In this document: one piece after another, positions 42,381 to 54,565 of the stretch
How positions within the stretch are numbered: the stretch's first letter is position 1
Layout: each line of letters opens with the position of its first letter
Assembly (NCBI GenBank): GCA_965644295.1
Contig: CBFFRP010000277.1
Coordinates: 124,001 to 188,000, forward strand
Origin: Paraphysomonas bandaiensis
Taxonomy: Eukaryota; Protista; Chrysophyceae
Direction of reading: 5' to 3'
DNA length: 64,000 nucleotides
Translations under genes and position numbers: made by a program
The notes under the pieces: model-generated
The model's input: only the letters and a program-made list of their open reading frames with translations
What the model was told of the DNA's origin: nothing
The model's database searches: none

Positions 42381-42523
42381 GTCGATGTGATGCCCAAACC
42401 TGCTGATAGAGGGAATACTCTAATATGAGGGCAGATAACGTGGTTGCAGATTCAACTTAAATCAACATTTTCAAAATTTCAACAGGTTTCGACCGTTTTA
42501 CCAGGTTTGGGCATCACATCGAC
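42381..42523. mobile_element. 143-bp MITE with a perfect 22-bp TIR
   Basis: gtcgatgtgatgcccaaacctg (42381-42402) / caggtttgggcatcacatcgac (42502-42523); TSD not clean. Confidence 0.75.
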
Positions 42524-43342
42524 TTAATTGATAGTAATAAGACATTCACTACTGCTAACAGTCAACATCATAACTAAGATGAAAGATAGTTTCTGTTCGA
42601 ACCGAATGTCGAAGTTGAATGTATATATTTTCCCGGTGCTAATGTTAGCGTTCTGGTAAACCCAATTCAGGTCAAAATAACTCTTTTTGACGAAAAATGG
42701 AAAATTCTCTATTGGGGAAATAATTATATTGTTTACAACAACGCAAGTTTAAGATTTATGTGTAGAGTGTTGAGTTTTGCTCTTTGCGAGCAACTAAAAG
42801 CTGTATTTCAAGGTATTTAATTTATGACTTCTACTTAAAGAATACTGTAGTGGTTAAGAGTATTATGAGAACTAATATCATGATAGTAATCATAGTTGTG
42901 AAGCTGTAATATATTGACCATCATATAAGATCGTAATATATATCTAATATTGTATGAAAATGATTGGTAGTTGCGATAACATGAATTTGGCTTTCGACAA
43001 TGAATGATTAGTGATATTGATCTTAATTTTAATAATTTATAATTCAAGCATTGAGTGTACATTACGTTATAAGATAATTAAGTGTACACCATCATTCAAA
43101 CATGTCAATTTCTGATATAGAGCAACGTTAACAGCTACAAATATTTTGTGGTGAGAATCAACTACTAATATGGGAAATACGATTTAAGTATACAACACTT
43201 CACTATGTCCGTCGTTATGTAATCTAATTCATCAAAACAATATATCACCGTATAATGTACTAAATATGACGGAATCACCACAAAAAGTGTTTCCTAATAT
43301 AATCGATTTCATCATTCTTTGTCGGAATAGCCCAGAAAAAGT

Positions 43343-46300
43343 CTAATCGACTTTCGTAACATTGGCATTATCAGAAGATTGGTTTGCATTCTTATTGGGA
43401 GCCTTTGAAACTGAAATCATTTTCGCTATTGCGTCGGCAATTGATTCGAATGCCTCTTGCTCTTTCCCGGATACAAAGCCCCCTTGGTTTGTCATTATTG
43501 TTTGGTAGACATCCCTTACAGTCATGCTATCGTGCATGGGAGCTCCAATAGCTTGACGACTCATGTGCTCGCGAATTTTAGATTCAACAGAATCGACAGC
43601 TGCATTGGCAGGAGGCGATTCAGCTGGGCACCGATACCGCCCATAGACTACTTCTCCAGTAGTCTCATCCTTTTCAATCACTTCGCCGACCATCACAGGG
43701 TATATCTTTTCGATCAGTTTCAGATTCCTGAGTTCAAGGGCTAATCGATGCTCCAAGAACACATTATCAACCTTAGAATCCGGACGCAGATTGGCAAAAT
43801 TTTGCCAGGCTATCTCTGGGTGATGAATAGCGTCCAGAGAAAGTATCGGTACAAAAGCCTTACTTTGAACGAGACCATCGCAGAAACCCTCCTCCCAAGG
43901 AACGCCTGGTTCTAGACATACCCTGTCCCACCACACCTTTAAACCACGATCCAGCAGCATACTATATAACAACGCAACACGATCGGCATCACTACGGACG
44001 CGATACGACAAAAACACATCGTACTGTGCCTCTTCCCCAGGCATACGAGCTGTAGTTTTGTTGGAAAGAAAAGGATGGGCAAGGGCTCTCGCAGCGGTGG
44101 GTCTATCGCTTGGGTCACGAGTGAGAAGCTGGGAAATAAGGTTACGAGCATAGTTATCCTTCACTTTGGCCAGCTTCGTGTCTTTGAATTCTGGTGTCCA
44201 CTCGTGCAGTAACTTCATATTCTCTTGGTCGATATTATCTTCATCAGAGGATATGAAGAGCGGCTCGGATGAACACAATTGAAACATCTGCAACATATGT
44301 TGTTACCAAACGAAATTAACACATGTTATGGTACGAACCGTAACGCCAAAAGACCACATATCCATAGAAGGATGAGCCGGAACAAGCGAGTAAGGAAGCA
44401 GTTCCTGCCCAGCTGGATGAACACACTCCTCGTCATTCTCGTCTACATCAAAGCGTCGAACGCCGTAGTTCCCTAACTTCTCGTCAAAAAACAACAGCTC
44501 GGGGGCAACATATGCACTGCTGAATTTGAGACCCGCGTAGTGACCTTTAGAGTAGGAAACAGATGCATCTAAATCAATAAGCTTGTATTTTCCATTCACC
44601 CGAACTATATTCAACGGCTTGATATCGCCTGTACTTAAGGTGTTGGTAAAGTAGAAATACAAGGGGTGTACTCACCATGCACTAAACCATTGCTATGTAA
44701 GTGATCCAAAGCCTTTAGGATCTGAGAGCATGTGATCTTAATGATGTCCCACTCGCGTCCACTTATTCTTTCATGAGCCATCACCCGTTGAAGAGTTCGA
44801 TCAGCAGCGGGCATTACAAGACAATAGTTGTATCCACTATATCCTTTATTCGTACACTCTGACTTAAACTTCCTATCCTTGTCGCCATCATGAGTTCGCG
44901 TTATATCCATCACGTACTCATTATCAAGCGAATTATTTACATGGAAGGCCCTCTCTCGCTCAAACTGATCACGACGCTTCATAAACTTCAGAGCAACATC
45001 TTGGTTTTCATCTTTTCTATCTACTGCAAGAGCAACAATACAGGTTGCAGATTGATGCTCCTTAGCTCCATAAGCCCGGATGTCATACCGTTCGTAGAAA
45101 AATAACCTTGATCGAATCAGTTCCTGGCATTTCGGAGTAGCAATATCAACAGCCTTTCTACCATGTTGATCTCTGGCATCAGCCAGTCTGAGAGCTAGGC
45201 CACCGCATATATTTAATACTCCCTCTACAACTTCTACATGTTTCTCATCGACACTAGTAAGAGTCCAGGTCCAGGCGAAGCCGTGCTCAGATGCTGGTAC
45301 CATCATCTCAGTCACTCGATCGATGGGGAGTGTATACGATAAAATCTCCGCAAGGATCTCAGTAGAGCGGTTCACGGAAATAGCGTACTGGTATACAGTC
45401 AGTTTCTTGCCGTTCCTGACGATATTCATACGAGCAGACTCAGGTGACTCTTGAAGGCATTCTTTAATTTTGGACAGCGGTGCATTTTCGTGTAGACGCA
45501 GATAAAGAGGGCATAAGGCGAATTGCAATGTATCTGTACATTTTGGTCCCCCAAGGCTCAAAACAGTTTGTTTTCCATCCTTGGATGACACGGCTGACAA
45601 CTCCTTCACTTGATGAGATCTAACCCTTAGAATTTTGCTGATCACATTAACATGTTTATCATCTGGAGTGAATAGTCTGAGCCAAGCGTTACCGTGATTC
45701 AATATATGTGCCCCTGCTTCATCAAAAGGAAGACTATGAAGTACGACTTGAGTTTTCACAGCATCAGGAAAGTTACTTTTCTCGTCAAGGACTAGATCCA
45801 CTGCTGTTTTTCCTTCGAAGTCAAAATCTCGTATAGTGGACGCATGCTGCGGTAGATGCGCGGAAATAGCTTCGAGAATATCTCCCTTCCTGTCCACAGC
45901 GGCGAGCTCACGGTGAATCGGTAGAGACACTCTTGCAGCAGCACCGGAAGCGGTGATAACATTCAGCTGGGGTGAGTATGTTGTGCAAACTCCAATGCAT
46001 GAGGGGGAAAGAACAAACCATACACCATTTGGATTTTTTGGAAGTTTTCCTTTAACCGGTTTCGACATCACAACAGTATCAGGACGGAGAGATAAGTCAT
46101 ACGCTAGCAAAGCAGACTCTCGTATGGGTACAATTGCACCACTTCCTACCGGTCGGTTAATGTTGGAATTAGACGTTGTCAACGATGAGTCAACTGGAAC
46201 CACCTGAGAAGAATTTGACTTGGAATTTTTATTAGTCGCTGCAGGTTTCCATTCTGACGCTGGTGCTCTCATTCTAGCAACTACGATTTCAGACTTTCCT

Positions 46301-48384
46301 TTTTTTTTAACAACTTCTCGTAAAATTATCCATTCTGAACCCGAATACTCCATTCTGATTGTTACCTCAGTAATACCTTTCTTTGGGTTCGGGTGATGTA
46401 CGTCTGCTGCCCGTACTACACGGGAATAAACAGGTCGGTCATGCACTAACCTATGAGCTGGAGTAAACAGACCGTTAATTTCTGCCGCGTGGAGACCAGA
46501 AACATCGCGAATAACGATCGGCATTGTCGACAAACGTCGGCTCTCTAAAATAGTTTCTGCAACTACTTGAGACGTCTTTTCGCTGCCTAACTCTAACGCG
46601 GTCTCTCCTTTCTTATTACGTAGATTATATAAGGCGTTATGCTTCACAAGAAGGCTTGCAATGGTAATATTGTTTCGACGACAACATATGTGTAATGCAG
46701 TGTCCAGCTCTTCATTCACCGCGTTTATAAGTTGTGCAGACTCTGATTTAATCAGTGTAGAAGCTACATCTTCGTATTCACGGTTACAAGCAATATGTAA
46801 GGCTGTATTATTCCTGTCGTCTGTGCATGTAAGCATTGCACCGTGCTCAATGAGTCCCTCCAGAATTCTAATTTTCTGTGGAACTGCAGCACCTAAAACG
46901 GAGTCTTCGTCGTAGTCGCAGCCTCTCTCCAAGAGTAGAACAGCTACGTCATCACTTCCTGCATCTGAAGCAATCATGAATGGGGTCTTGTTAGCTTTAT
47001 TTCTTATATTAATATTGCATCCGGCAGTGATAAGTAGAATAGAAACCAGGGAGTTGTTCGCTGATGCAGCCATGGATAGCGGGACGCATCCATTGGCGTC
47101 AATAACATTCAAATCCGCATGGGCATCAATGAGTGCAACAGTAACTGCTTGCTTCATAGACTTATAGCACTTGAGACAAACGTCATACTTGCACTCACTG
47201 CAATGTGCATAAGGCAAGTCTTCGTTTACTGTACTGATTCGCGTCATACACATCCGACATTGAACTCCCATATGTGCTTCCTCCTCTGCATTCGAGTTCA
47301 GATCAGCAGAGGTGTAGTGGGCTGGCTGTCCTCTATTCCATTGCATACGGTGGCGTCCAGGATAAGGGCATACCATATCAGTATTAGATTGCTCAGGCTG
47401 GTATTTCCCACGCTCATCCACAACATCCTTAAGCATCAGCTCCACCGCCAGGTGTACGGCTGTCTGCCCCTTGTGAGTGCGTGCATTGATAGAGCACCCT
47501 CCACGTAGCAGCGCTACAACAATATGAATGTCCATTTGAAGAACCCCGAGCATCAGAGCTGTATAACCATCTTTCTGCGTCTGTGCATCTACATTGCATT
47601 GGCTGTCTAATAGGGTTGACACCACATCAACATTTCCAGAAAGGGCACCCTCATGCAAAGCAGTGTACCCATCATCATTGGGCTGGTTGATCGCGGCACC
47701 TAAGCTAAGTAATTGCTCAACGATATCTGCCCGACCACCTCGTGCACTATAGTGAAGTATTGTGCTCCCCAAAACCTTGAAGCCGTTTATAAGACTACGT
47801 TTTTCCAGCAAATGTAGTAGCAGAGCCGAGGTGACTGTTTCTCTTGTCAGATCAGATCCCATATCACAAGCAAGAGTCGTACACGAGCCGGTTGGGAGAT
47901 AGTTGGAGCCTGCTCGAATAAGTTTAACCGCTACATCTGCTTGGTCATGATGAGCTGCAAGCTGAAGAGCTGTTTTTCCCTCTTTTTCGTCGGTAACATC
48001 TTTCTTGAGGTCGGAATTAGTGAGCAGGAGGTCTACCACTGCTCCTTGACCATGAATAGCAGCCATATGGAGAAGGGTATATCCCTGACACTTTAAATTC
48101 ATGTGATGTGGGTAAGTCTGAATATATTTCTTCAGAGATGGAGTGTCCCCATGTTTGGCATACTCGAGAGCAGTGGGCTCCAAAGATGTTAACTATATAT
48201 GTAATTTAGTTACATATAAAGACATAAGTTTCTTTACCTGTTTGGGCTTCTGAGGCTCTTTCTTACGAACTGCAGTGGTCTCATCAATCGTGTCTGCAAC
48301 TGCATTAGCGACATGAGTGACGACATTCATGCCACCGCTGATGACTGATGTCCCCAAATTAAAGAGGGCCCCAAACATATTCAT
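43343..48384 (-). CDS. Ankyrin repeat - ZZ-like Zn finger - protein kinase - TIR domain protein, 4 exons
   Basis: Many TALH/TAVH ankyrin repeats; CRMC...CSECKYDVCLKC; kinase VALK, HGDIKPLN, DLD, YVAPE, DMWSFG; TIR YDVFLSYR, VWWD, FVPILS, DNVFLEHRLAL, IYPV. The three GT-AG introns keep the frame. Confidence 0.9.
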
Positions 48385-48983
48385 CTTCCTTTAAGGTTAC
48401 TCAGTCAAAGACTGTTGAACCTATACAGATGAGTTTCCTCGTAAGGATATTGTTATCTCTATGGAGATATATGAGTGGGGTTAGATTGCGGACAGGGATA
48501 TGCTTATATACACTGTGTCTGTAATATCAACAGCCAGTGCTGTGACAGCAGAGTGCAGTTACAACCCAATGAGTGCGGAACAATCCCCAGTTACGGATCT
48601 TTCTCCCGGTAACGGATCTATCTATCGGTCAGGTCGTGTCTGGAGGACACGAAATTTGCCATAAAATTTGTGCTGCAGAAGTTACTGTAGTGGTTATGTA
48701 CGGCTCCATACGGTGAAGAGGTATAAAGCAACCAGATGCCGTACAAAGCAGGGTACAAGGCAGGGAGATATGTGCCCACCTCACCTGAACCTGGGAAGCT
48801 ATTTTGTACATGTAAATAGAATCAAGTTCTTCATAATGTCTACCCACCCCATTAGTGTAGGTGCATTTGATCAGTTTGTCTGCAATACATTATGTAGTTC
48901 TCAGCTTGAAGGGGTGGGTGATGGTCGCTCTTAAGCCGCAGTCCTTTAGATATCATCATCAGGTATTACTACTCATGAATGAG

Positions 48984-49300
48984 TGTAGGACTATCCACTT
49001 ACATATAGAATATATACGTGTACATGTCCTGTATTATATGATTAGTAGTACAGTACTGTATTGTATACGTGTACCATGTAGTTAGGAATACAAACTGTAG
49101 GGAATGTGATTGTTGGGATTAGCAATAGCCGTTGATATTGTAGACAGTATTATTAGCCGTTGATATTGTAGACAGTATTATTAGCCGTTGATATTGTAGA
49201 CAGTATTATTCATGATTCATTATACGATAATAATCATTATTTTGTACTTCTGTACTTGGGTATTGCTTTGCACACATACACATATGTATGCAAGCCCACA
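48984..49300 (+). repeat. 5' LTR, containing 3 x 28-bp tandem repeat at 49126-49209
   Basis: Direct repeat of 54249-54565; unit tagccgttgatattgtagacagtattat. Confidence 0.95.
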
Positions 49301-49349
49301 GTAATATTACTTAATAAGTAGTACTCAATCTCTGTGATATAACAATATT

Positions 49350-52300
49350 ATGGGGGAAAGTAAGAGAAGCAAAATAAAAGCAGCTCCTCAAATAGAGGAA
49401 TTGTTAGCTGCTTCGGGTTCTTCGTCTAAAAAGACGAAAAGAGAGAGAGAATCCTCTCGAAAACGAGCAAGAGATGCAACAACATCATCTCAAATGCAAT
49501 CTTCTCCTCAAACTGAGACATCAGTAGAGGCTGAAGGAGAATTGAGTGGAGTATCATTTCGTGAGCTCTCTTCTTCTCAACCAAAGAGAAAGAAGCAAAG
49601 GAGTGGAGATCCGCACCCCAACAGGAGTGAGCGCATTGACTTGAATGAAGTCATTGCGACGGAATCCACTCCACATGAAGTAATCAATACCGACTCTATT
49701 CCCTACTTAGGTAGTGTGCAAGATGAGGATATCATCGAATTTTGTGAAAATCTCTCGAAAAGAGATCCTAAAGGGACAAAATTCATAAGGTCAGAAATCA
49801 TGGCACCAACAGTGCGTGATATGCTTCAGTTTCAGCGACAGCAGGATTTTGGAGATGAGTCTGACGAGGACTGGCTAGATCCAAACATTGTAACTACTGA
49901 GGAATTGATTCAGTGGTTAAAGCAAGCCTTTCTAGAGGAAGAGGAGCGATACTCTGATACATTGGAGCCTCTTCCTAGGTTCATAGATAATATCATTGGA
50001 CCAAAGGTTAAGGTGGATATTCATGTTCCTAAAGTATTCTTAAAAGAATATGGACGTCTGAATGAGCTTTATAAGCTCATTCCGGAGGCAAGTCTCACAG
50101 AGGTAGCCTCGGATACCATAGTCAAAACCCTCAAGAAAAACATTAAACTTGTGGGCGGACATTCCTTCAGAAAGGATGCCAAAGAGAAATTTATAGCGGA
50201 TATAGGCCAAGGTCAATCTGCACCAAAAGATTTCGGAGCATTCTGTAGAAAGGTGCGAGAGCTTAACAATGACTATAGTCAAGCTGTGAGAAAAGTAAAG
50301 AGGATGGAAACTAAATTGGATTCCAAAGAAACATCTAAGTCTAACAAGACTAAGAATACAAAAACTTCATCCTCCAGCTCATCCTCAAGTACTAAAGCAA
50401 CAACTGATACTAAGGAAGCATGTTGGATATGCGGTAATCTTCATAAAGGTGACTGCACCCGCAAAACCTGTGCATGGGCTAACCATGAAAAGAAGCCATG
50501 GAAAGATTCCACACAGGGCAAAAAATATGCGGTTATGGGTTGGAGTACCTGCCCTTATGTGGAGAATCCTGATGGTCCTCCAAGATCGAAAACAAGTAAG
50601 TTATCATGCCCTAAGTGTTTATATATAAATGCTATTGACATGAATAATGATATGCTCGATGTCTTTGTATATCCTAAAGCTGATGTCAATGTACAACAGG
50701 TAAAGGAAAATCTAAGAGCTAAAGCCTTATTGGACACGGGGGCTACTGGGAATAATTTCATTAACCAAGAACTTGCTGATATGTTAGTTGCTAGGTATAG
50801 AATTCCATTGCACGAGTGTAACATTAAAATTTGTAGTGCGCTTGATAATGCTTGTTGTAGTAGCAAGCAATATATGATAATAACTATAAGATTAACTGAT
50901 GAGTATAACAATACTCTTGATATTGAGTTGCAATGTTTGATAATAGATAGCACCTTTGATATCATAATTGGTAGAGAAACTATCAAGAAATATAGATTAG
51001 TTGATCATTTTCCATCTCACTTTATGGAAAGAGAGTTAGCAGGGAAAATGCTAGCTACGGCCGCGGGCCATGCTGAGAAGACTCAGCTTCTCTCGGAACA
51101 TATTAGTGAGAGAGCCACATGTTATAATAACATGGAAACATTAAGGCGCCAAGCTAAGGAACACCTTAGTTATAATAATAATTTACTTACAAGTAATAGC
51201 TTGGTTAGTACTATGTATTCACCTCCAATATCATCCATGCGTATAAGTGCATATGAAAAGGAAGATATAGGCGAGATTAGAGATAACTATCTGGAGTCAA
51301 TCCCAGAAGAAATAGTTACAAATACTCAGGAAAAAGTAGAAGGTACTACGTTACCAACTAAAATCTCTGGTCCCGAATCTTTACAAAGGAGGGTGAGAGA
51401 AATCCATGAAATCTATAAGGATAGATTTAGAACCACAGTGTCGGATATGCCAATGGATGTTCCACCTTTTGAATTAGAGGTAGATAGGGATGCTTGGGAA
51501 CAACCAAAACATTGTGGTCCGCCACGAAAGATGGATCGAGTACGACAGTATGCTTGTAAAAAGCAAATCGATACATTTGTGGAGCATGGAATAATACAAC
51601 CAAGTACGGCTCCTTATTATAGCCAGGTATTATTAGTTCCCAAACCAAATGATAAATGGCGATTCTGTGTAGACTATAAAGGTCTAAACAAGCACACACA
51701 GAGGGAACGTTGGCCAATACCTAACATCAAAGAAATGTTAGAACGTATTGGGTCTAAGAAACCCAAATACTTCATAATTCTGGATTTAGTATCTGGTTAT
51801 TACCAGGCTAAAATTTCAGAGTACTCGAGAAAGTGGACGGCATTTATAACCTTCTGGGGAGTATTCGAATGGCTCCGACTACCCATGGGTTTGAGTGGTG
51901 CTCCATCATACTTTCAACGAGTATTAACAACAATTGTGCTTGCCGGGTTGATTATGTTCATATGTGAATTATATCTAGATGACCTGATTATATATGCTTC
52001 TACAGAAGATGAACTAATTGAAAATTACGTTAAAGTTCTAGAACGCTTCAGGAAATACAATGTTTACATTAATCCTGAGAAAGTGAAAATAGGAGAGTCC
52101 GAAGTACAATATGTAGGACATACTCTAAATGAGGAAGGGTTACACTTTACTAGAGAACGTCTGGATAGTGTATTAAATTTCCCAAAGCCTGAAACTATGA
52201 AGGGTCTAAAATCTTTCCTCGGATTGGCAAATTATTTTCGGGATCACGTGCACAACCACTCCTTAGTGGTGAGACCGTTAAATAAAATGCTTCTCAACTA

Positions 52301-54183
52301 TCATAGACGTAAACGTCTACAATGGACAGAGGATGCCAATGAAGCATTTGAAAAGATCAAATTGATGATCCATGAATGTCCAACATTATTTTTCATTGAT
52401 GACGAGTCACCAATATATTTATTGACCGATGCATCTGATTATGGAATAGGAGCATACCTCTACCAAGTAGTAGATGGTGTAGAACGTCCAATAGGATTTC
52501 TCAGTAAAACATTCGATGAAAGAATGATGAATTGGGATACACCTCAGAAAGAAGGATATGCTATATACTATGCCTTAGATAAATGGGACTACCTATTAAG
52601 GTATAGATACTTTACGATCAAAACAGATCATAAAAATATTACTCAGTTGAGAACTGATTACGCTAAGGATAAGAAAGTTCAGCGATGGTTGAAATGTTTC
52701 CAAGCATATGATTATGATCTATGTGATATTAAAGGATCTGATAATGTTGTTGCTGATGCATTTAGTAGACTATGTGCATTAGAATCTAAAATGGAAACAA
52801 AATGTGCTTCCCTAATTCCCGATATTAAAGTTCCAAACAAGGAATGGGAAATTATTAAAAGATTTCATAACAATGTTACAGGTCATCATGGTATTGATCG
52901 TACAATACAAAAATTACGAGACAATGGTCATAAATGGTCAAAGCAAGGGGCACATGTGACAAAATTTATTAAAACTTGTCCTTGTTGTCAAAAGATGAGT
53001 AGAATTAAACCAATAATTAATGCTCATCCCTTTACTGTCTCAACATATGGCCCGATGCAAAGAATAGCAGTGGATTTTATTCAGAGTCTGCATCCAGATG
53101 AGGATGGATACACTAATATATTAGTGATTATCGATTCTTTTTCTAGGTGGGTAGAATTAATCCCTACTAAGAATCTCACTGCCATGGCGGCGGCAAAGGG
53201 GATTGCTTCAACACCTGGGTAGATATGGAGCACCTATTGAGATTCATTCGGATCTTGGACCAGCATTTGTGGATGATTTAACAAAATCATTGATAGAAAT
53301 GGTTGGAAGTAATCAATCATTTTCGATGGCGTATTCTAAAGAAGAAAATGCTATAGTGGAACGTGCTAATAAAGAAATTTTAAGGCACTTAAGAAATATT
53401 ATATTTGATAAAAATGTACTAAATAATTGGTCAATGTATCTACCTTTAGTACAAAGAATTATGAATTCTTCTAAACATAGAAGCACCGGCGTTACTCCCG
53501 CTAGTATTCTATTTGGGAATGCAGTAGATTTAGATAAGAGTTTATTCATTGAACACAATGAGAACTTGGACGGGAACGAACAAAAGCTATCACATTGGAT
53601 AGATAGAATACAAAAGGTTCAGTCCACTATTATGGATGTTGCAAGACGAAATCTTCGCAAACATGATGAAATCCACATGGCAACTGCACCAAATATACAA
53701 ACAAAAGAATTTCCAATAAATTCTTATGTGTTAGTTGAGCATAGACAAAATGCTTTACGTCCTGGACCGGCAAGTAAGTTATTACCATATCTTAAAGGTC
53801 CAATGCGAGTAGTCAATGTTATTGGAGACAAATATACTCTTCAAGATATTGTTACTAAACGTAATAAAGACTATCATATAAAGAAATTAAGGGAATTTAA
53901 TTACGATCCCTCTACTATTGACCCCTTACAAGTGGCATGTAAAGATGGTGGAAACTTTTATGCTATTGACCATATTTCAAAAATAAAAGGTCGAGCTAAA
54001 GGTCCGAAAAGTCAAATAAAATTTCTAGTACATTGGATAGGGTATGAAAAACCTACATGGGAACCATGGGCTAACGTTAGAAAAACGTATGCTCTACAAA
54101 ATTTCCTAACTCAACATCCTGATGAAAATGTAAGAAATTTACTACCTCGAAATGTGGTTTATTCTTCTGATGAAGAAGATTAA
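49350..54183 (+). CDS. Gag-Pol polyprotein (Zn knuckle, protease, RT, RNase H, integrase, chromodomain) with a 1-nt frame break at 53198-53201
   Basis: CWICGNLHKGDC, LLDTGAT, YLDD, TDASDYGIG, H..GH.G...CPCCQ, VDF/HSD/VER catalytic triad, FLVHWIGY..TWEP chromodomain. Confidence 0.93.
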
Positions 54184-54248
54184 TAACAAAGTTTACAGAA
54201 TTGAGTGTCAATATAACACATTAACACATCAATTATAAGGGGAGGTAG

Positions 54249-54565
54249 TGTAGGACTATCCACTTACATATAGAATATATACGTGTACATGTCCTGTATT
54301 ATATGATTAGTAGTACAGTACTGTATTGTATACGTGTACCATGTAGTTAGGAATACAAACTGTAGGGAATGTGATTGTTGGGATTAGCAATAGCCGTTGA
54401 TATTGTAGACAGTATTATTAGCCGTTGATATTGTAGACAGTATTATTAGCCGTTGATATTGTAGACAGTATTATTCATGATTCATTATACGATAATAATC
54501 ATTATTTTGTACTTCTGTACTTGGGTATTGCTTTGCACACATACACATATGTATGCAAGCCCACA
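54249..54565 (+). repeat. 3' LTR
   Basis: Direct repeat of 48984-49300, followed by the TGAG TSD. Confidence 0.95.

Larger units (their letters stand above)
48984..54565 (+). mobile_element. Full-length Ty3/Gypsy chromodomain-bearing LTR retrotransposon
   Basis: 317-bp LTRs TG...CA (48984-49300 and 54249-54565) identical by eye; TSD TGAG; polypurine tract aaggggagg before the 3' LTR; domain order PR-RT-RH-IN. Confidence 0.97.

Noticed and set aside
49126-49209. 28-bp repeats as a CRISPR array
   Set aside because: The units are contiguous with no spacers, lie in both LTRs, and the context is eukaryotic with no cas genes.
54477-54565. Native signal peptide on ORF 54477-55598
   Set aside because: The first 30 codons are LTR sequence; the native start is upstream at 48836.
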